Assembly (NCBI GenBank): GCA_015523325.1
Contig: WAKO01000015.1
Coordinates: 9,812 to 73,811, forward strand
Direction of reading: 5' to 3'
DNA: 64,000 bases
From: Candidatus Micrarchaeota archaeon
Lineage (GTDB): Archaea > Micrarchaeota > Micrarchaeia > Anstonellales > J096
The notes under the pieces are model-generated. The model saw nothing but the letters and a program-made list of their open reading frames with translations, had not been told where the DNA came from and did not search any database. Made by a program: the position numbers and the translations under genes. Position 1 is the stretch's first letter. Each line of letters begins with the position of its first letter. Positions 57,847-64,000 of this stretch are shown one piece after another.

Positions 57847-58806
57847 ATGGAAAAGGAAGAGTTGATAAGAGTTGAGAATGTCTCCAAATACTTTAATGTA
57901 CCTAAAGGAAAATTCTTAATGTTTCCTCTATGGGAAAAGAGGGAAGTTCTAAAAGGAATCTCATTTAAAATTAAGGAAGGAGAATTTGTTGGTTTGCTAG
58001 GACCAAACGGAAGTGGAAAAACAACAACAATAAAGATAATGGCAGGAATACTTGTTCCTGAAAAAGGAAAAGTAGATGTTTTGGGCTATGTTCCTTGGAA
58101 AAAGGAAGAAGAATACTTGAAGAAGATTGGAGTTTTGTTTGGAAATAGAAGTAACTTAATGTTTGATGTGCCTGTTATTGATTCTCTTCTTTTATTTAAA
58201 GAGATATATGAGCTTGATAAAGAGTTTTTTGATAAAAGGGTTGAAGAACTAGCTAGGATGCTTGAAATAAAAGATATCCTTCAAACCCCTGTTAGGAAAC
58301 TAAGCTTTGGGCAGAGAATGAGGGCTGAGATCTTAGCTTGCTTTCTTCATAAGCCAAAAGTGGTATTTTTGGATGAACCAACAATTGGATTGGATGTTAT
58401 AGCTAGTAAAAAGGTTAGAGAGTTTCTAAAGAAAATAAACAGAAATGAGAAAACAACTATAATACTAACAACTCACAACATGAGGGATGTGGAAAGGCTT
58501 TGTAAGAGAACTCTCCTAATAAAGGATGGAAAAATAATATTTGATGGAAGCACAAATAAGCTAATAAAAAAGCTAATAAAATACAAGTATGCAAAGGTTG
58601 AGTTCAATTCAATAAGAAACAAAAGCTATGAGAAAAAAATACTTGAGAGTTATGAGGTTGAGAAATGCAATAACTCTTTAGTTGGGAGAATTCCTTATAA
58701 AGAGCAAGTAAAATTTACAGAACTTATCTTCAAGGCTTATGATGTTAAGGCATTCTCCCTAGAAGATCAAAGCTTAGAGGAGTTAATAGAGGAGGTATTT
58801 GAATGA
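57847..58806 (+). CDS. ABC transporter ATP-binding protein
   Basis: GPNGSGKTT, LSFGQRMR, FLDEPTIGLD, TTH. Confidence 0.96.
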   Translation: MEKEELIRVENVSKYFNVPKGKFLMFPLWEKREVLKGISFKIKEGEFVGLLGPNGSGKTTTIKIMAGILVPEKGKVDVLGYVPWKKEEEYLKKIGVLFGNRSNLMFDVPVIDSLLLFKEIYELDKEFFDKRVEELARMLEIKDILQTPVRKLSFGQRMRAEILACFLHKPKVVFLDEPTIGLDVIASKKVREFLKKINRNEKTTIILTTHNMRDVERLCKRTLLIKDGKIIFDGSTNKLIKKLIKYKYAKVEFNSIRNKSYEKKILESYEVEKCNNSLVGRIPYKEQVKFTELIFKAYDVKAFSLEDQSLEELIEEVFE

Positions 58807-59534
58807 AATATTTTGAATCATTCTTAATTGGGGTAAAAGAAACATTAAACTTTAAGCTAACCCTAGCCCTTCATGTAGTTTCTCCATTAATAATGGTTAG
58901 TCTTCTCTCCTTTATTTGGGGAAATATTTATGATAAAGATTTCCTAACTTATTTCGTAGGGGTAAGCTTATTGCTTCCTTCCTTTACCTTCTACTCCTCA
59001 AGCTCAACAAAGTTTATGCTAGCAATAAGAAATGGTTGGGAAGTTTCATTTGCAAAGCCAATAAACCTATTCCTATTCATTTCAAGCTATAATTTAGGGA
59101 GACACTTTATCCCTTATTTAATAAACTTAACCATTGCTTTCTCCTACTTATTACTTAACGGAGTAGAAATAAACTTAGCTGTTTTAGGCTTTTCCCTTCC
59201 ATTCATAGTTCTGTTTGATACTTCTATGGCATACTTCATATCTTTATTTGCACACTACTTTTATTCAATTTGGGGAGTTAGAGTTATAATAAAGCTTATT
59301 GATGTTTTGCTTAGTGGGTTGGCTTTTCCATTTAATTTAATAAACCTAAAGGAAACCGGAATTTATTACCTTCCTTTTGCTCACAAGGTTTATTATATAT
59401 TTGAAGCCTCTATAAAAGGCGTTCTTCCAGTTGACTCATACTTAATCCTTTTAGCTTACTCTTTATTTTTAGTTTTAATTGCTCTTCCATTTCATAAACT
59501 AGGATGGAAAAAATTTGAGGCTCAAGGGGGATGA
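58803..59534 (+). CDS. ABC-2 family permease (DUF990-like)
   Basis: Multi-TM, IRNG...KP, LSG..FP, C-terminal QGG; ATGA overlap. Confidence 0.8.
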   Translation: MKYFESFLIGVKETLNFKLTLALHVVSPLIMVSLLSFIWGNIYDKDFLTYFVGVSLLLPSFTFYSSSSTKFMLAIRNGWEVSFAKPINLFLFISSYNLGRHFIPYLINLTIAFSYLLLNGVEINLAVLGFSLPFIVLFDTSMAYFISLFAHYFYSIWGVRVIIKLIDVLLSGLAFPFNLINLKETGIYYLPFAHKVYYIFEASIKGVLPVDSYLILLAYSLFLVLIALPFHKLGWKKFEAQGG

Positions 59535-60334
59535 AATTGAAAGGGCTTGAAATAATAAGGAAGAGCTTTAAAAAGATAAAAAAGTATGTAAAGGTTTTAG
59601 CAAGCTTTTTTAGAGCCTCTATAATTAGATATAACAACTATAAAATAGAATACATATACTCACTCTCTACAATTATTCCTTTTTTAATAACCCTATTCTT
59701 TTGGAAGATATTGGAAGATAGTATTGAGGGATGGAGCTTTAATGATTTGGCTTTACTCACTCTAATGGGGGCAATACTCTCAACATTAATTGAGCTAGGA
59801 GGGTTTTGGGGGGTTATGCTTTGGTTTGATAGAAATGATAGAGGAAACTTAGCTCTAATGATTACAAAGCCAATAAACCCATTAATTTATCTCCATGGAA
59901 TCAACTTTTTTCCAGGCTCTATTCCAAAGTTAATTTTTTACCTTATGCTTCTCATCACATTTATAATTCAAAACAACATAAGCATTTCTATTCTAAGCGT
60001 TGTAGGGGTTGTTTTTAGCTATATTGTTTTCTTTTTGTTTTTAGGAATCATAGAGTGCATAATAATAGCTTTTGACAAAGCAGCAATCCCTCTCTTTTAC
60101 ACAATAATTGACATCTTCAAAATAGCCGATAAGCCAATTGATTTATCTAGCGTTCTAGGAGTTGTTTTAACATTCTTTGTTCCACTAACCTTTGCAGCAC
60201 TAATACCATCAAAAATACTTTATGAAGGAAGAGAATTAGCTTTGTTCTCATTTATAATGACAGTTGTTATGTTAATTATGTTTAGCCTCTCCTACAGATT
60301 TGCAATGAAAAGGTTTGAAGCTGTTGGAGGTTAG
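59531..60334 (+). CDS. ABC-2 family permease (DUF990-like)
   Basis: GWSFND, TKPINPL, TFFVP..F...P, C-terminal VGG; ATGA overlap. Confidence 0.8.
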   Translation: MKLKGLEIIRKSFKKIKKYVKVLASFFRASIIRYNNYKIEYIYSLSTIIPFLITLFFWKILEDSIEGWSFNDLALLTLMGAILSTLIELGGFWGVMLWFDRNDRGNLALMITKPINPLIYLHGINFFPGSIPKLIFYLMLLITFIIQNNISISILSVVGVVFSYIVFFLFLGIIECIIIAFDKAAIPLFYTIIDIFKIADKPIDLSSVLGVVLTFFVPLTFAALIPSKILYEGRELALFSFIMTVVMLIMFSLSYRFAMKRFEAVGG

Positions 60335-60396
60335 GGTTTTTAAAAAGAGGAAAAAGGAGAAAAAGCTCTTTAATTTTTATCCTATAAAAAATAAGT

Positions 60397-61056
60397 GTGG
60401 ATTACGAAAGGTTAGTGGAAATTATAAAAAAGGAAAAAGAAGCTACCACTCTCTCTAAAGTGGAGGAGGATTTCTATATAAAGTTAAGGGAGTTGGTTGA
60501 AAAAAAGGAAAAAGAGAAAGAGAAGAGTCCTCTCTTTATGATTGAGTATGAGAATATAAGGAGATTGGCTAGAAAGGTTGTTGAGATTAGGACAAAAAAG
60601 ATAATGTTTTTAGCTCTTAATGAAATAGAAGCTCCAAACTCCATAAATGTTGAGAAAGAGTTTTATGAAGAGATTAGAAGAGCTCTCAAAAAGTTTGAGG
60701 AAAAGGTATGGAGAGGAGTTGGAGAAAAAAGAGAGAGAGAAGAAAAAAATAAGGAAGAGGGTAAAGAGGAAGCTGATCTAAATAATTTAAAGGAGGATAT
60801 AGAGAGAAGGGGAGAAATTAGGGGGGAAGAGCAAAAGAAGGAGGAAGAAAGAGAAGAAATTGAAGAGATAAAAGAAAAAATAGAGGAAGAAGCTAAAGAT
60901 GGGCAGGAGAGAAGGATAAAAATAAGGAGCTATGTTGAGGCTTATAGAGGGATAGATGGAATAATTTATGGTCCTTACTCTCCTGGAGAGATTATTAAAA
61001 TTAATAAGGAAGAAGCCAAATGGTTGGTTGAGAATGGGTATGCTGAGTTTGTTTAG
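60397..61056 (+). CDS. DNA replication factor GINS (Gins15/51-type)
   Basis: EK....LSKVEEDFY, R..KI, C-terminal YRGIDGIIYGPY.PG...A.WLVE.G.AE; lies upstream of rpl44e. Confidence 0.8.
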   Translation: MDYERLVEIIKKEKEATTLSKVEEDFYIKLRELVEKKEKEKEKSPLFMIEYENIRRLARKVVEIRTKKIMFLALNEIEAPNSINVEKEFYEEIRRALKKFEEKVWRGVGEKREREEKNKEEGKEEADLNNLKEDIERRGEIRGEEQKKEEEREEIEEIKEKIEEEAKDGQERRIKIRSYVEAYRGIDGIIYGPYSPGEIIKINKEEAKWLVENGYAEFV

Positions 61057-61154
61057 GTGTTTAGGGAAGAGAAGGCTAAAGAAAGGTAAAAAAGGTAAGC
61101 TTTAAATAACATTTTCTTAATAAAAAAGAGAGTTAAGAAAAAGGAGGTATTGGA

Positions 61155-61436
61155 ATGAAGATTCCATTGGAAATAAAGGCTTATTGCAAATACTGTAATA
61201 GCTACACAATGCACAAAGTAAAGCAACAAAGTAAAGGAAAACCTAGGACACTCGCAAAAGGAAACAGAAAGCACAATGAAAAGTTAAAGGGACATGGAGG
61301 TAAAAGAGCTGGAAAAGTACCTGTAAAAAAACAAGGAAAAAGAGTTGTTGCAGTTTTAACCTGTGAGCAATGCAAAAAAAAGCAACAAAAAACAATAGGT
61401 AGTAGAACAAGAAAAAGGCTTGAGGTGAAGAAATGA
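61155..61436 (+). CDS. rpl44e: 50S ribosomal protein L44e
   Basis: MKIP...YCKYCNSYT.H.V, GHGGK, LTCEQCKK. Confidence 0.95.
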   Translation: MKIPLEIKAYCKYCNSYTMHKVKQQSKGKPRTLAKGNRKHNEKLKGHGGKRAGKVPVKKQGKRVVAVLTCEQCKKKQQKTIGSRTRKRLEVKK

Positions 61437-61597
61437 GCGAATTCATAAAGATTAAATGTAAGGAATGTGGAAAAGAAAAAATAAGCTTTTCCCATGCTAC
61501 AAGAGAAGTTAAGTGCGAGTGTGGAAATGTATTACTTTACCCAATGGGTGGAAAAGCAAAGCTAGGAAAGGCAGAGGTAGTGGAAAGCTATGGTTAA
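61433..61597 (+). CDS. rps27e: 30S ribosomal protein S27e (absent from the ORF track)
   Basis: Manual translation MSEFIKIKCKECGKEKISFSHATREVKCECGNVLLYPMGGKAKLGKAEVVESYG*; lies between rpl44e and eif2a. Confidence 0.92.
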   Translation: MSEFIKIKCKECGKEKISFSHATREVKCECGNVLLYPMGGKAKLGKAEVVESYG

Positions 61598-62423
61598 GGT
61601 TAAAGAAAAAGAGAAAAAAGATAGAAAAAGCAAAAAAAAGAGAGCAGAAACAATAAAGGAGTTGTTCTATACTGATTCTGGAACTCCGAAAAAAGGAGAG
61701 TTAGTAATAATAAAAGTAAACAAAATAATGCCTTATGGGGCTTTTGTTTCCCTTGAAGAATATCCTAATTATGAAGGATTTCTTCATATAAGGGAGGTTG
61801 CAAGCAAATGGATAAAGAATATAGGAGATTATATTAAGGTTAACATGACCACTGTTGGAAAAGTTCTTAATGTTGAGGAAGACAAGAAAATAGCTGAAAT
61901 TTCCTTAAGAGCTGTTGGAGAGGATACAAAAAGAAAGAGGATGGAAGAATACCAAAATGAGAAAAAAGCCCTAAAGATAATTGAAATTGCCTATAAAAAA
62001 GCAAAAGCTAAACCTACAAAATCAATGGCTGAGAAAATAAAGAAGGATTATGAGATGGTTTATGATTTGCTTGAAGACATTAAGGAAAAGGAGGTTTCTC
62101 CAGAGCATTATTTTCCAAAAAAGGTTGCAAAAATAATTGAGGAAATAGTGGAGAGCTTAATAAAGAGGAGGAAGCTTGAGCTAAAAGCAATTGCCCACAT
62201 AACAACAACAGAAGAGAATGGAATAGAAATAATAAGGAATGCATTAAAAAAGATAAAGGAAGGAGAAGTTAGCTATTTGGGAGCTCCTAAATACTTAATA
62301 AGAGTGGAAGGAGAGGAGTTCAAGGAAATAAGCAAAAAGATTAAGAAAATAGAGAATCAACTCTCCAAAGAGCTTGGGAAAAGTTTGGTTGAGTTTGAAG
62401 TAAAAAGAGGAAATAAAGAATAA
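61590..62423 (+). CDS. eif2a: Translation initiation factor aIF2 alpha
   Basis: P.KGELV, YGAFVSLEEY, GFLHIREVASKWIKNI, YLGAPKYLI. Confidence 0.95.
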   Translation: MVKVKEKEKKDRKSKKKRAETIKELFYTDSGTPKKGELVIIKVNKIMPYGAFVSLEEYPNYEGFLHIREVASKWIKNIGDYIKVNMTTVGKVLNVEEDKKIAEISLRAVGEDTKRKRMEEYQNEKKALKIIEIAYKKAKAKPTKSMAEKIKKDYEMVYDLLEDIKEKEVSPEHYFPKKVAKIIEEIVESLIKRRKLELKAIAHITTTEENGIEIIRNALKKIKEGEVSYLGAPKYLIRVEGEEFKEISKKIKKIENQLSKELGKSLVEFEVKRGNKE

Positions 62424-62430
62424 GGATAAA

Positions 62431-62625
62431 ATGATGAGAAAGCTAATAAGAAAATGCTTAATTTGTAATATTTACACACTAAAAGAAAATCATTGTGGGA
62501 AAAAAACAGTTAGTGCTCATCCTATTGATTTTAAACCTTTTTTTAAGTATATTAATCAAAGGATAAAGGTGATTTATCCATGGATACAATTGCATGGAGA
62601 AAAGGATTCAAAAAAAGAGAGCTAA
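62431..62625 (+). CDS. nop10: H/ACA RNP protein Nop10
   Basis: IRKCLICNIYTLK..CG..T.SAHP..F.P; conserved position after eif2a. Confidence 0.85.
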   Translation: MMRKLIRKCLICNIYTLKENHCGKKTVSAHPIDFKPFFKYINQRIKVIYPWIQLHGEKDSKKES

Positions 62626-63332
62626 ATGGCTCTTCTCTCATCGTTGGATTGCCAGGAATAGGGTTAGTTGGGAGGATAACGGTTAGGTATATAATAGATA
62701 AGTTGGGGGCAAAAAGAGTAGCAAACATCTACTCCCCTCATTTTCCTTCTCAAGCTTTAATGACAAAAAAAGGAACTTTAAGGTTGCTAAAGCAATCCAT
62801 TTATTTTTACAAAGAAGGAAAACTAAAGCTAAGCTTCCTTACTGGGGATGTACAACCTCTAACTCCTGAAGGGCAATTTATGCTCTCTAAAAAAATAGTT
62901 AACCTATTCTCAAAACATAAAGTAAGGGAAATAATAACTGTTGGAGGTTATAGTACAGGAGTGTTTAAAGAAAAAAAGAGGGTTTTTGGAGCCTCAAATA
63001 GCCTAGAATATCAAGAGAGGTTTAAAGAGCTAGGGGTTATATTTGGAGAGGCAAAAGGCTCTATAGTTGGAATGGCTGGAGTTATTCCTGCTTATGCTAA
63101 AGTAAAAGGAATAAACTCAATATGCTTGATGGGGGAAACACATGGGGCTTTTGTTGATGCCAGTGCTGCAAAGAAGATTGTCCAACTCCTTTCCTCCTAT
63201 TTTGGATTTAAGATAAGCTTAAAAGAGTTGAATGAAGCTGCAAAAGCAGGGGAAGCTGTTATAAAGAAGATTGAGAAGGAAATTGAGAAGGCAACAAAAA
63301 CACCTCCAAAGGATTTAAGCTATATAAGGTAG
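62580..63332 (+). CDS. PAC2/proteasome assembly chaperone family protein
   Basis: GLPGIGLVG, GDVQP, TVGGY, G.IVGMAG, CLMGET, C-terminal LSYI. Confidence 0.9.
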   Translation: MDTIAWRKGFKKRELNGSSLIVGLPGIGLVGRITVRYIIDKLGAKRVANIYSPHFPSQALMTKKGTLRLLKQSIYFYKEGKLKLSFLTGDVQPLTPEGQFMLSKKIVNLFSKHKVREIITVGGYSTGVFKEKKRVFGASNSLEYQERFKELGVIFGEAKGSIVGMAGVIPAYAKVKGINSICLMGETHGAFVDASAAKKIVQLLSSYFGFKISLKELNEAAKAGEAVIKKIEKEIEKATKTPPKDLSYIR

Positions 63333-63472
63333 TAAAGGTAAGGTGGTAAAGGGCTAACAAAAACCTAAAATTAGAAAAAAGATCTCATAAGAAATCACTT
63401 AGAAAATCCTAAAAGCAAAAAACAGAATAGAAAAAGCTCATTTTTAAAATTTTTTTCATATAAAGTTAAATC

Positions 63473-63694
63473 ATGAGGTTGCAAATTTCTGCTGAAATGA
63501 TATTGTTATTAGTTGTTATACTTGCTATAGTCGCTCTTGTAGCCCAAAATTTAATGAGTACAAGCCAACAGGCTGGAGAGGCATTCACAAATTCTTCAGA
63601 AAAAATAATTGAAGGGGCTTCAAACACTTGTATAACAGATAATCAATGTCCCGAAGGGCAATACTGTATTAATGGGCTTTGCCAAGAGGGCTAA
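63473..63694 (+). CDS. Class III signal peptide (type IV pilin-like) small protein
   Basis: MRLQISAEMILLLVVILAIV (Q+1, E+5, hydrophobic helix); C-terminal C-x5-C-x5-C-x4-C. Confidence 0.75.
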   Translation: MRLQISAEMILLLVVILAIVALVAQNLMSTSQQAGEAFTNSSEKIIEGASNTCITDNQCPEGQYCINGLCQEG

Positions 63695-63747
63695 TTCCCT
63701 CAAAAAGCTTTTATAGAGCTTTTATTTTTTATTTTTGGAGGGAAAAC

Positions 63748-64000
63748 ATAAAGCTACAACTCTCTATAGAGTTTATCCTTCTCCTAGCAGTTTCAACAAT
63801 AGTTTTAGGAATAACTGTTTATTCTTTTCAAGCAGTAGGAGAGAGTGCCTCCTTATTAGGGGAAAGAGCTTCATTTCTAAGAGAAAGCCAATTCTTTTAT
63901 GAGTTGGTTAAAGAACTCTGCATTACAGGGGATGGGAATAGTAGAGAGGTGTTTTTCTCTTATGGATTTGATGTTTCCTCCCAAGGAGAAGTAACTCTAA
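63748..64000 (+). CDS. Class III signal peptide protein, partial, apparent ATA start
   Basis: (I/M)KLQLSIEFILLLAVSTIVLG... open to the window end; GGAGG at 63737-63741. Confidence 0.6.
   Translation, partial: MKLQLSIEFILLLAVSTIVLGITVYSFQAVGESASLLGERASFLRESQFFYELVKELCITGDGNSREVFFSYGFDVSSQGEVTL

Overview
A 64 kb AT-rich, gene-dense archaeal chromosome segment with purine-rich coding strands. The lone 16S rRNA gene, the divergent informational proteins and the many Cys-rich orphan surface proteins suggest a DPANN lineage, probably Micrarchaeota-like and probably thermophilic. This placement is inferred, not database-checked. Housekeeping genes include rpl10e, map, guaB, mgtE, eif6-rpl31e-rpl39e, eif2b-eif1a, pyk, gltX, rpl15e, nac, rps3ae, rps15, lemA-htpX, an ABC-2 exporter, GINS-rpl44e-rps27e-eif2a-nop10-PAC2, tRNA-Glu and tRNA-Thr. 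Main findings: (1) a 17.5 kb co-oriented locus (31869-49327) of six tandem paralogous CedA/VirB6-like membrane proteins followed by two giant envelope proteins, a candidate contact/translocation apparatus; (2) an unannotated free-standing box C/D sRNA (about 25018-25072) whose two guides fit C34 and C39 of tRNA-Trp, a job usually associated with the tRNA-Trp intron; (3) a secreted phage-tail-fibre/C1q-like protein and a GEVED/TSP3 giant surface protein; (4) a 16S gene with a non-canonical bulge-helix-bulge processing stem and a compensatory U1404-A1497 pair in the decoding helix; (5) an ankyrin gene broken at an A9 tract and a pilin-like gene that apparently starts at ATA. No CRISPR array, integrase or transposase was seen.
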